64,000 nucleotides of DNA, taken from an uncultured Prevotellaceae bacterium (GTDB taxonomy: Bacteria > Bacteroidota > Bacteroidia > Bacteroidales > Bacteroidaceae). Positions 10,076 to 18,899 of the stretch are shown here, one piece after another. The DNA lies in the NCBI GenBank assembly GCA_946406555.1, contig CAMJLB010000001.1, positions 22,769 through 86,768 of the forward strand. The letters are read 5' to 3'. Within the stretch, counting starts at the first letter, position 1. Every line of letters starts with the position of its first letter. The notes below the pieces were generated by a model, which was given only the letters and a program-made list of their open reading frames with translations, made no database searches and was not told where the DNA came from. The position numbers and the translations under genes were made by a program.

Positions 10076-10996
10076 ATGAAACCAACATTATTTCTTCTTG
10101 CAGCCGGCATGGGCAGCCGTTATGGCGGTCTGAAGCAGCTCGACGGTCTGGGTCCCAATGGCGAAACCATCATGGACTATAGCATCTACGATGCCATTCA
10201 GGCAGGCTTTGGCAAAATCGTATGGGTTATCCGCAAAGACTTCGAAGAGCAGTTCCGCACGCAGATTCTTTCTAAATACGAAGGTCAGGTGCCCTGCGAG
10301 CTTTGCTTCCAGGCCCTCGATGCCCTGCCCGAAGGCTTTAGTGTGCCCGAAGGACGCGTGAAGCCATGGGGCACCAACCACGCCGTGCTCATGGGAAAGG
10401 ACGTGATACGCGAGCCTTTCTGCGTCATCAACTGCGACGATTTCTATGGCCGCGATGCCTTCATGCAGATTGGCAAATTCCTCAGCAACCTGCCCGAGGG
10501 CAGCAAGAACATCTACGCCATGGTGGGCTTCCGCTGCTGCAACACGCTCAGCGAGAATGGCTCAGTGGCCCGTGGCGTTTGTGCCTACAACGAGAAGCGC
10601 CACCTCACCGACGTGGTGGAGCGCACCGAGATCATGCGCATAGCCGACCAGGGCAACGCCATCTGCTTCAAAGACGAGCAGGGGCTGTGGCAGCCACTCG
10701 AAGAGAACGTCCCCGTATCAATGAACATGTGGGGATTCACCCCCGACTATTTTGAGCATAGCGAGGCTTACTTCCGCGAGTTCCTCAGCAACCCGAAGAA
10801 CATGGAGAACCTAAAGGCCGAATTCTTTATTCCGCTGATGGTCAACAAGCTCATTACCGAAGGAACGGCCACCTGCGAGGTGCTCGACACCACTTCTAAA
10901 TGGTTCGGCGTCACTTATGCTGCCGACCGTCAGGCTACCGTCGACCGCATACAGAAACTCGTCGACGAAGGGGTCTATCCTAACAAGCTGTTCTAA
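10076..10996 (+). CDS. Sugar-phosphate nucleotidyltransferase family protein
   Basis: LAAGMGSRYGGLKQ, KPWGT and INCDD motifs. Confidence 0.88.
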   Translation: MKPTLFLLAAGMGSRYGGLKQLDGLGPNGETIMDYSIYDAIQAGFGKIVWVIRKDFEEQFRTQILSKYEGQVPCELCFQALDALPEGFSVPEGRVKPWGTNHAVLMGKDVIREPFCVINCDDFYGRDAFMQIGKFLSNLPEGSKNIYAMVGFRCCNTLSENGSVARGVCAYNEKRHLTDVVERTEIMRIADQGNAICFKDEQGLWQPLEENVPVSMNMWGFTPDYFEHSEAYFREFLSNPKNMENLKAEFFIPLMVNKLITEGTATCEVLDTTSKWFGVTYAADRQATVDRIQKLVDEGVYPNKLF

Positions 10997-11004
10997 ATGA
11001 TGAG

Positions 11005-11052
11005 AGATGAGAAGTGAAAGATATGTCTAATCACACCTTTCACTTCTCATCT
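11005..11052. terminator. Perfect 16-bp stem hairpin built from heptamer repeats, between convergent genes
   Basis: AGATGAGAAGTGAAAG-N16-CTTTCACTTCTCATCT; no clear U-tract. Confidence 0.5.
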
Positions 11053-11053
11053 T

Positions 11054-12898
11054 TCACCTTTCATCTTTCACTTGGCTGAGGGGTGAGGTTGCTGAAGCAA
11101 TAGTGCTGGCAATCTTATCGACATTCATACTGCGGGCACTGGCATCGAAGATATCCTTATAGATACCGCCCTGCTGATAGACTTCAACCGGATTTCCATG
11201 TTGTACTACCCTTCCCTGCTGGAGGACATAAATCTGGTCGGCATCGATTATCTGTCCGATGTTATGCGAGATGATGACCACTGTGCGCCCCTGTTTGATT
11301 GCATCGATAGAAGCCTTGATCTGCTCTGTAGCAATGGCATCAAGACTGGCCGTTGGCTCGTCAAGGAATATTATCGGAGGATTTTTGATAAACATACGGG
11401 CAATAGCAATACGCTGCTGCTGCCCCCCGCTGAGTTGAAGGGCATCGGTCTCAAAGCCATGAGGCAATTGCATAATCTGATCGTAGATATAAGCCTGCCG
11501 GGCAGCCTTTATCACATCGTCGTGAGTAGCCAGAGGATTGCCATAGCGGATATTCTCCTCGATTGTTCCGTCGAAGATATGGTTCTTCTGCAATACCAGC
11601 CCGATATTCTCACGCAGCCACGCGGTATCCCATTCACTGAGTTCCACGCCATCCAGCCGGATGCTGCCCTGCTGGGGCTGAAAGAATTTATCCAGCAGGT
11701 TAACGATCGTACTTTTGCCGGCCCCACTCAGTCCGACAAGGGCAGTTATCTTTCCTTTCGCTATGCGCAAAGAAACATTGCGTAGCGCCTTCGTCCCGTT
11801 GGGATAGGTGAAATCTACATTCTGCAGTTCAAAGTCGCCTCTCACCTCCTGAGGCTTGTGCTTTCCCGTCTGTTCCACCTCGTCGTCGGCATGCAGGATA
11901 CCAAAGAAGCCCTCAGCATATATCAGCGCATCGTTCATATCGTCATAGATACGGTGTAACTGACGGATGGGAGCACTGACATTGGCGAAGAGCATCACAT
12001 GATACATAATCTTGCCTATCGACATTCCAGGATAGTCAATAAGCACGAGATAGGCAGTCAATATGATAATCAGCACGGTGCCAATCTGCTCAAGGAAGCT
12101 TTTCAGGCCATTGAACATATATGCTTTCTTGCGGGTATTGAGTTGCAGGTCGGTCATGCTGCGCTGGATGCCTGCCTGACGCTCGGCCTCTATCTGCTCA
12201 CGATTGAACGACTTTATCACCGTGATACTCTCTATAATGTTCAGGATGCCCTGACTCACTGCCTGATGCGAGCTGAAGATACCCTTGCGTCCTCCCTTCA
12301 TCTTCGATGCCTGTATATACGTAACCCAGAAATACAGCGGGACTATCAGCAGAGCCACCAGTCCTACAAACACATTGGCTGCAAACATAAGTATCAGCGC
12401 CAGCAAGGCACTCGTGAAGAGCGGCAATATCTCGATGAAGAAATTGTTGACAGTATTCGACAAACTCATTATTCCACGATCTATACGAGACTGAAGCTTG
12501 CCCGTCTCATTGCCCTCGCTACTGAAAAAGGCCATACGGAACGACAGCATCCGCTCAACCACTTTCAGCGACAAATCACGGCTCACGAGGATTCGCATGC
12601 GCTCACCGTAATAACGCTGAAAGAATGTCACCACAGCCCCTACCACCTCCTTGCCCAAGAGTATCACGGTGATAACCACCAATATGCGCATAGCACTGCC
12701 CCAGCTGAAGCCTCCTGACTGCTGGATAAGAGCATTGATGGCATCAACGGCACGGTCGAGCACCACTGCGTTAACCTGAGCCATCATAGATCCAACAAGT
12801 GTAAGCACTAATGTTATTACGATGAGCCACCTATAAGGCAACACGTATGGGATCATGTTGCGCAACAAGCCCCATATATTCATTCTACCTGACAACAT
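11054..12898 (-). CDS. ABC exporter, fused permease and ATPase (MsbA-like fold)
   Basis: N-terminal TM domain, then GLSGAGKS, LSGGQQQR and FLDEPT motifs. Confidence 0.9.
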   Translation of the reverse strand: MLSGRMNIWGLLRNMIPYVLPYRWLIVITLVLTLVGSMMAQVNAVVLDRAVDAINALIQQSGGFSWGSAMRILVVITVILLGKEVVGAVVTFFQRYYGERMRILVSRDLSLKVVERMLSFRMAFFSSEGNETGKLQSRIDRGIMSLSNTVNNFFIEILPLFTSALLALILMFAANVFVGLVALLIVPLYFWVTYIQASKMKGGRKGIFSSHQAVSQGILNIIESITVIKSFNREQIEAERQAGIQRSMTDLQLNTRKKAYMFNGLKSFLEQIGTVLIIILTAYLVLIDYPGMSIGKIMYHVMLFANVSAPIRQLHRIYDDMNDALIYAEGFFGILHADDEVEQTGKHKPQEVRGDFELQNVDFTYPNGTKALRNVSLRIAKGKITALVGLSGAGKSTIVNLLDKFFQPQQGSIRLDGVELSEWDTAWLRENIGLVLQKNHIFDGTIEENIRYGNPLATHDDVIKAARQAYIYDQIMQLPHGFETDALQLSGGQQQRIAIARMFIKNPPIIFLDEPTASLDAIATEQIKASIDAIKQGRTVVIISHNIGQIIDADQIYVLQQGRVVQHGNPVEVYQQGGIYKDIFDASARSMNVDKIASTIASATSPLSQVKDER

Positions 12899-13039
12899 TT
12901 CCCTGACATTTTAAAGAGGAGTTCACATTCACTGCCATTCTCATATCCTTTGCCCTGCCACTTCTCTGCGAACCGCTTGCGGCAGCTGCTTGTTGTTTCT
13001 CTGTATGCATAACATCCTGTTTTATAAAAAAACACCTTG

Positions 13040-13047
13040 CAAAGATA
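13040..13047 (-). promoter_or_regulatory. -7 promoter element of the ABC exporter
   Basis: TATCTTTGCA on the minus strand. Confidence 0.5.
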
Positions 13048-13166
13048 ATGCAAAAAATCGAACTCGACAAGAAAATCAACCATCTTTTGGTGCATGAAAC
13101 ATCTTCTATGAAACATCTTCTATACTGATTATATGCTGAAGTCAGTTTCATTCCACACAGCCAAGT

Positions 13167-13591
13167 TGCATGAATATGCATGCCGTCTTTTCGATTTTCA
13201 AGACAAACAAAAATTGCAATCTAGAACGGTGAAAGGCAACAACGCCCTTCCTCGCAATGCCGCTGAACGGCGTCGGCAATGCCATTCAGCCTCCGTTGCA
13301 CCATCGTGGTGGCTCCCTGGTGCTGCCGCTCATGCTAGTTGGCCTGCTTGTTCAGCCTTCCTTAGGGTGCAATCCAGCCTTAACCGCACTGCAAACCAGG
13401 CTGAATTGAAGTGCAAAACAGCCTATATTGCTACCCAAAACAGCCTAAATTGCGACAAGGTCTTTTAGCGTTTTTGTAACATTTTGATTGTCAGATATTT
13501 ACAAAACAACCAAAATTTCAAAATTTCGGGCAGAGGAACGGAGTGCTTCTGAATTTTTAAATCTCAGCGGGTTTCGCCGCATATTTATGCA
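13167..13591. mobile_element. 425-bp dispersed repeat with TGCATRAATAT inverted ends (MITE/REP-like family C, copy 1)
   Basis: An inverted homolog lies at 63249-63672. Exact shared blocks include 29 bp (13344-13372), 21 bp (13188-13208) and 20 bp (13551-13570). Confidence 0.75.
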
Positions 13592-13706
13592 CCATGGCGA
13601 TGCATAAATATAACTTGGGTACGAATATGCACATAGAACTGATGGCAAATGTGTGTTCTGATTTGACACCCGCCTACACTGAATTGCAGAGAGGGGAAAA
13701 CCTCGG

Positions 13707-14879
13707 CTATTTGTCGTGGGTGGTATGAATGAAATCCTTGTTGCCCATGTCTATCTGCAACAGGTTTTTCAGCATATATCCTGTCAGGCGCGGCAGGGCA
13801 CCGACTTTGCTGAAAAGCCTGCAGGTGCGCAGGGGGGCAGGTATGGCCACGTATACTGCTGCGCAAAGTGCCGCCAGCAGCCCCCACCACTTCAGGCTCC
13901 ATAAAGGATTGAGGCACGTAAGAATCACTGCCATCAGCGGCACGACAGTCAGAAGGATGCTACGAGGAATGAGCATCTGCTGTATGGTTTTGTCGATGTA
14001 GTCAATATTTCCGGTAAGCAATGCCCTTGGAATGTTGGGCAACATGCGGCGGAACGATTGCATCTGTCCCGTCATCCACCTCAGGCGCTGCCGCTGGAAG
14101 GTGTGGCCGCTGCTCACCTTCTCGTCTTTCACCAATATGCCTTCCTCGTACTTCACGAAGCGGCCCTGCAGCAGGAGCAAAGCCTCGAGTTCGCGGTCTT
14201 CCACCGCCGAGTCGAGCTTGCAGACATTGTCGCGGAACCACTGCCAGCCAAAGCACATGCCCGACCCGATGAGCGCTGCCGAGAGTCCCACATTGTTGTG
14301 GGCTTTCCTGAAGAGCGTATTGTTTATCTCCTCACTCACTCCGTCGAGCAAGGCCACCTCATTGTCGTCGTTCTTCGCCACACGGTGGCACTGTATGGTG
14401 TCGTGGCCTTCGCTGCAAGCGCTACTCAGATTGCTCAGGAAGTCGCGGTCCACATGGTTGTCGGCATCAAGAATCACCACATAGTCGAACGCGCCGCCCA
14501 TCTGGCTCATGGCATACTGCAGGGCCTTCGCCTTCGAGCTCTTGTCGAAGGTGGGCGTGAGCAACTCGACGGGCTGGGCCGCAAGCCACTGGTTCGTGTC
14601 GGCTTGCATGCGATCGGATATCACCACAAGCCGATAGTTGTCCTGAGGATAGTCCTGAGCGAGGAAATTGCTTACCGTGGCCCTTATCACCTTGTCTTCC
14701 TTATAGGCCGGTATCAGCACGAGAAACGTGTGAGTGGATACCGCGCCCGCCTGCACCGCACGTTTCCACTTTTTGGGCGTGAAGAGCGAAGCCACCGCAA
14801 ACAGCAGCACATATGCCACCGATGCTGCCATGAAAAGCCACAGCAAGAGGTCGGCTAAGTGTATGACATGCCACATCAT
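13707..14879 (-). CDS. Membrane glycosyltransferase family 2 (cellulose synthase/PgaC-like)
   Basis: LIPAYKED, KAKAL, LDAD, VED and QRLRW motifs. The start MMWHV at 14879 has an ATGA overlap with the upstream stop. Confidence 0.85.
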   Translation of the reverse strand: MMWHVIHLADLLLWLFMAASVAYVLLFAVASLFTPKKWKRAVQAGAVSTHTFLVLIPAYKEDKVIRATVSNFLAQDYPQDNYRLVVISDRMQADTNQWLAAQPVELLTPTFDKSSKAKALQYAMSQMGGAFDYVVILDADNHVDRDFLSNLSSACSEGHDTIQCHRVAKNDDNEVALLDGVSEEINNTLFRKAHNNVGLSAALIGSGMCFGWQWFRDNVCKLDSAVEDRELEALLLLQGRFVKYEEGILVKDEKVSSGHTFQRQRLRWMTGQMQSFRRMLPNIPRALLTGNIDYIDKTIQQMLIPRSILLTVVPLMAVILTCLNPLWSLKWWGLLAALCAAVYVAIPAPLRTCRLFSKVGALPRLTGYMLKNLLQIDMGNKDFIHTTHDK

Positions 14880-16105
14880 GTTATTTTTTTCTTTTTTGCA
14901 AACGTTTTGGGTACAGGCATCTTTGGCAGATGGTCGGCAATACCCTTCAGCCGAGAGCCGGCTTCGCTCTTGCCTACGAGGCCGATGCTCAGCAGCCCGC
15001 CAAAGATTACAAGGGGTGCATAGAGGAAATCTTTGTCCCAGTTCTTGTCTACCAGATAGTCGGGCGTGGCCAGCGAGAAGGCAAACATCACCATGGCTCC
15101 TGTGGCCCACCACTTGATGGCCATCGAGAAATAGATGAAAGGCAACACGACGCTCATGACCACGATGATGCCCATCATGATGGTACGGGGCACGAGCAGC
15201 CACTGCACAATCTTGTCGATTTGGTCGTAGCGACGGTTGAGAATGGCTGTGGGCAGAAACCTGATGTTGTTGACGAGCGAATGTAGCTGTGTAGAGGCCC
15301 AGCGCGTGCGCTGACGGTTGAAGTCGTTTGTCTTGCGGGTTTTCTCGTCGTAGACGTGTATGTAGTCGAAGTAGTCCACGAAGACGTGTTCCCTCATCAG
15401 CATGGCCTCCAGTTCTTTATCCTCGCCGGCGGTATGCACTTTCATGATGTGTCTCTTGAACCATTCAAAGTCGTAGCACATGCCCGAGCCGTTGATGGCT
15501 GCCGAAAGCCCCAGCACGATATGGCCCCTGCGGAAAATAGAATTGTTTATCTCCTCGAAGATGGCATCGAGCCGGGCGGCGCTGGTGTCGCGGTTCTTCG
15601 ACATGCGGTGGGCCTGGACAACCTTTGTCCCCGCTGCCTCGAAGGCATCGTTCATCTGCTCGAGAAACTCAGGCTCTATGATGTTTCCCGCATCAAGCAC
15701 CAGCACCACGTCGTAGATTTTGTACTGCGGAAGGTTCAGCACGGCAAACTGCAGCGATTTAGCCTTCGAGCTTTTCTCGAAGTTGGGGGTAAGCAGGGTG
15801 ATAGGGTGCTGGGCAAGCCGCATGTTGGTCATTTCCTGCTCATGGTCGGAAATGACCACGACATCGAACATTCGCTGCGGATAGGTCTGGCTGAGCACCG
15901 AGCTCACCGACTGCATAATGGCCTTATCCTGCTTATAAGCAGGTATAAGCACAATAAACCGGTTCATGCGCTTTGCCCTTGCCACGGGAGCGGGCCTGCC
16001 GAAGAGCGAAGCCGCTGAAAACAGCAGCAAATAAAGAGAAGTAAAGGCCACCGCTGCAAACAGCAGCCAGTCCATGATCTGAAAGACCCACCACAATTGA
16101 TTCAT
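14876..16105 (-). CDS. Membrane glycosyltransferase family 2, paralog of the downstream gene
   Basis: LIPAYKQD, KAKSL, LDAG, GED and QRTRW motifs. Confidence 0.85.
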   Translation of the reverse strand: MNQLWWVFQIMDWLLFAAVAFTSLYLLLFSAASLFGRPAPVARAKRMNRFIVLIPAYKQDKAIMQSVSSVLSQTYPQRMFDVVVISDHEQEMTNMRLAQHPITLLTPNFEKSSKAKSLQFAVLNLPQYKIYDVVLVLDAGNIIEPEFLEQMNDAFEAAGTKVVQAHRMSKNRDTSAARLDAIFEEINNSIFRRGHIVLGLSAAINGSGMCYDFEWFKRHIMKVHTAGEDKELEAMLMREHVFVDYFDYIHVYDEKTRKTNDFNRQRTRWASTQLHSLVNNIRFLPTAILNRRYDQIDKIVQWLLVPRTIMMGIIVVMSVVLPFIYFSMAIKWWATGAMVMFAFSLATPDYLVDKNWDKDFLYAPLVIFGGLLSIGLVGKSEAGSRLKGIADHLPKMPVPKTFAKKKKIT

Positions 16106-16139
16106 AACACGTGTCTGTTAGTCTACGTTCATTTGAATG

Positions 16140-16147
16140 CAAAAGTA
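16140..16147 (-). promoter_or_regulatory. -7 promoter element of the GT2 pair
   Basis: TACTTTTGCA on the minus strand. Confidence 0.55.
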
Positions 16148-16231
16148 GTAAAATATTTTTAAATGACAAAATATACAACGGAATTAAGCATATTTTCCGA
16201 ACGGAAAGCATTGTTTTTTGCAGAAAATAAT

Positions 16232-16239
16232 TAACTTTG
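16232..16239 (+). promoter_or_regulatory. -7 promoter element of the phosphatase-STAS-porin-NRPS-MATE operon
   Basis: TAACTTTGCA about 60 bp upstream of ATG 16300. Confidence 0.6.
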
Positions 16240-16299
16240 CAGTCGTAAAGCGCTTTCATCGCCCCCAAGAAGCAACACAACCTATTTAAACTGCAAGAC

Positions 16300-18564
16300 A
16301 TGGACTTCAAACGAATCTACAGCAAACTGGATGGACATACCGGGCTTGTGTTCATTATCCTGGCCGCTATCCTCTTGGAAATAATCTCCGCTTTTCAGTA
16401 TTATTACACCCGAGGCATCGTGGAGCGAAACCTTGAGCGGCACGTGCTGATGCTGCTGAGCTTATCGGCACAACGCATGGATGGCATCATGAGAGGTGCC
16501 GAGACCATCGTGCTCAGTCAGGTATGGCATGCACAGCAACACCTGGACGAGCCGGAGTATATGGAGACGCTGGTATACAATCTGGTGAAAAACGAGGGCG
16601 ACAAAATTGTGGGCGGTGCCATTTGTTTTAAGCCCAACTATTATGCCGACAAAGGCTATTGGTATGAACCATACGCGCTCCAGAATGACGACTCTATCAC
16701 AATCAATCAAATAGGCTCGGCCCAACACGACTATACGAAGAAAGAATTCTATAAGATTTGCATCAAAGGCGACACAGTGAAGTGGAACACGCCCTACTTC
16801 GATGCCGACGGGGCCCAGAATATAGTAACGACCTTCGGCGTGCCAATCCGCGATGAGCAGGGCGAGCCGGTGGCTACACTTATCGTAGACATGACAACTG
16901 AATGGATTAGCGAAATGGTGAACAGCATCCACCTCCACCCGTCAAGCTTCACTCTGATACTTTCCACGCAGGGGCAGCCTATTGCCCTTCCTGAGGCCGA
17001 GCTGTGCGACACAAAACTAGCAGAGAAGATTGCCGCCATGATCAACGACAGCACAGTGGAGAAAGAAAAACGAGTGAACGGCCATGTGACCTGCTTCGAA
17101 TTCTACGACGAAGAGAAAGGCCGTGCGGGCCACGTCTACTATGTAAGGAAGAAATACGAGCCGCACTGGCTGATGGTGAAGGTGTGCTATGACGACGAGA
17201 TCTTTGGCGAACTGACGGACATGCACAAAATCACGCTGGGGCTTTCGCTCATAGGCTTGCTGGTGCTGGGTCTCATCATACATCGGTTTGCACACAACGG
17301 CCGAAAGCTGCAAAAAAGTCTGATGAAGCAGGAACGCATAGAAGGCGAACTGCAGATAGCCCGGCGATTGCAAGCACAGATGCAGCCTCTCGAGAACAAG
17401 ATGGTGCGAAGCGACATCAGCCTGCACGGCATCCTGAAACCGGCGCGCGAGGTGGGCGGCGACCTCTATGATTTCTTTATCCGCGACGAGAAGCTCTTCT
17501 TCTGCATTGGCGACGTGAGCGGCAAGGGAGTGCCAGCCGCCTTCATCATGGCCATGACACAGACTTTGTTCCACAACATGGCCTTGCACAGCAGCAATCC
17601 TGCCCACATCATGGACAGGATAAACGCCTCGGCCTGCCGAAACAACGAGTCGAACATGTTTGCCACGCTCTTCGTCGGCGTGCTCGACCTGCCTACGGGT
17701 CTCCTGCGCTATTGCAACGCCGGACATGAGATTCCGTTCGTCATCGGTGCAGCAACCACAAAGGTCGACGTGACGAAAAAGCACGTTGATGATTCGATGG
17801 GCTACATTCAGCATCTTGACGTGAAGGCCAACCTGCCGATAGGGCTGTTCAGCGATTTCGCTTACGAAAAGCAAGAAACGATAATTGCCCCGGGAGAAAC
17901 GCTGTTCCTATACACCGATGGGCTGACCGAAGCAAGAAACGAACGACAGGAACTGCTGGGCAAAAAACATGCGATGCAGCTTGTGGCCGACTGCCGTGAC
18001 ATGATGCCCAAGCAGATAATCGAGGCCGTAGTGGCCCATGTGGAACGCTATGCTGCAAACACCGAGCAAAGCGACGACCTCACGCTGCTGGCCATCCGCT
18101 ATACGCCGCAAGAAGAGCAACATCTGCTCGACGAGGAGCTGAAGCTCGGCAACGACGTGAAAGAGGTGGCCAAGCTAAGTACCTTCATAAAAGATGTGCT
18201 GGCACGACTGGACATTGCCAAGCCGCTGGCCTCTAAACTGCGCCTGGCAGTGGAAGAGGCCGTGGTGAACTCGATGGAATATGCCTATCCTGCCGACAGC
18301 AGAGGCGAAGTAAACCTGCGCGTGACCTTCGACGGGAAGAAGCTGCGCTTTGTCATCTCAGACCATGGTTTCCCCTTCAACCCCACCGAGGCATCGACCG
18401 CCGACACTACGCTGTCGGCAGAAGAGAGGCCCATAGGTGGCCTGGGCATCATGCTCATACGCGAACTGATGGATTCCATCAACTATGAACGCATATCGGG
18501 AAAAGAAAGCACTGGAGAAAAAGCCAAGAATGTGCTTACACTTATCAAGAATATTAATCATTAA
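16300..18564 (+). CDS. Membrane sensor: Cache-like domain, SpoIIE/PP2C phosphatase and RsbW-like HATPase kinase fusion
   Basis: Two TM helices flank WY..W.TPYFD (Cache-like). PP2C motifs VGGDLYD, GDVSGKG, NAGH, YTDGLTE and SDDLT. C-terminal EEAVVN, DHG and GGLG boxes. Confidence 0.88.
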   Translation: MDFKRIYSKLDGHTGLVFIILAAILLEIISAFQYYYTRGIVERNLERHVLMLLSLSAQRMDGIMRGAETIVLSQVWHAQQHLDEPEYMETLVYNLVKNEGDKIVGGAICFKPNYYADKGYWYEPYALQNDDSITINQIGSAQHDYTKKEFYKICIKGDTVKWNTPYFDADGAQNIVTTFGVPIRDEQGEPVATLIVDMTTEWISEMVNSIHLHPSSFTLILSTQGQPIALPEAELCDTKLAEKIAAMINDSTVEKEKRVNGHVTCFEFYDEEKGRAGHVYYVRKKYEPHWLMVKVCYDDEIFGELTDMHKITLGLSLIGLLVLGLIIHRFAHNGRKLQKSLMKQERIEGELQIARRLQAQMQPLENKMVRSDISLHGILKPAREVGGDLYDFFIRDEKLFFCIGDVSGKGVPAAFIMAMTQTLFHNMALHSSNPAHIMDRINASACRNNESNMFATLFVGVLDLPTGLLRYCNAGHEIPFVIGAATTKVDVTKKHVDDSMGYIQHLDVKANLPIGLFSDFAYEKQETIIAPGETLFLYTDGLTEARNERQELLGKKHAMQLVADCRDMMPKQIIEAVVAHVERYAANTEQSDDLTLLAIRYTPQEEQHLLDEELKLGNDVKEVAKLSTFIKDVLARLDIAKPLASKLRLAVEEAVVNSMEYAYPADSRGEVNLRVTFDGKKLRFVISDHGFPFNPTEASTADTTLSAEERPIGGLGIMLIRELMDSINYERISGKESTGEKAKNVLTLIKNINH

Positions 18565-18579
18565 AAACTGTAATACATT

Positions 18580-18882
18580 ATGAACACGACAATTGAACAA
18601 TTAGAAGACAAGTATCTTGTAACCTTTGAAGGAGAACTCGACACAACTGCGGCCACCGAGGTGGGCGAGAAGCTACAGTCACTCTACACTGCCAATGGAA
18701 AAGATGTGGTAATCGACTGTACCGGGCTGGAATACATCGCCTCAAGCGGTCTGCGCATACTCATCAGCATACTGAAGGGGGCCAAGGCAGGAGGCAGCAA
18801 GGTGGTGCTGAAAAACGTGAACGACGACATCAAGGATGTGCTCAAGCTAACGGGATTCATCAATCTTTTCGACTTGGCATAA
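18580..18882 (+). CDS. STAS-domain anti-sigma-factor antagonist
   Basis: GELD and LEYIASSGLR (phosphoacceptor Ser) motifs; 100 aa. Confidence 0.92.
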   Translation: MNTTIEQLEDKYLVTFEGELDTTAATEVGEKLQSLYTANGKDVVIDCTGLEYIASSGLRILISILKGAKAGGSKVVLKNVNDDIKDVLKLTGFINLFDLA

Positions 18883-18899
18883 CGAAAAGCTAATGCACA

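Noticed and set aside
13133-13468. ORFs inside family C elements (also 63346-63626)
   Set aside because: They share a frame only in the distal half and differ by a frameshift upstream, so the peptide similarity reflects the DNA repeat.
14880-15203. Upstream ORF extensions (13707-15203; also starts at 20147, 4535, 30719, 49603 and 54830)
   Set aside because: They overlap neighbouring genes or promoters. Downstream ATGs fit coupled starts and family N-termini better.
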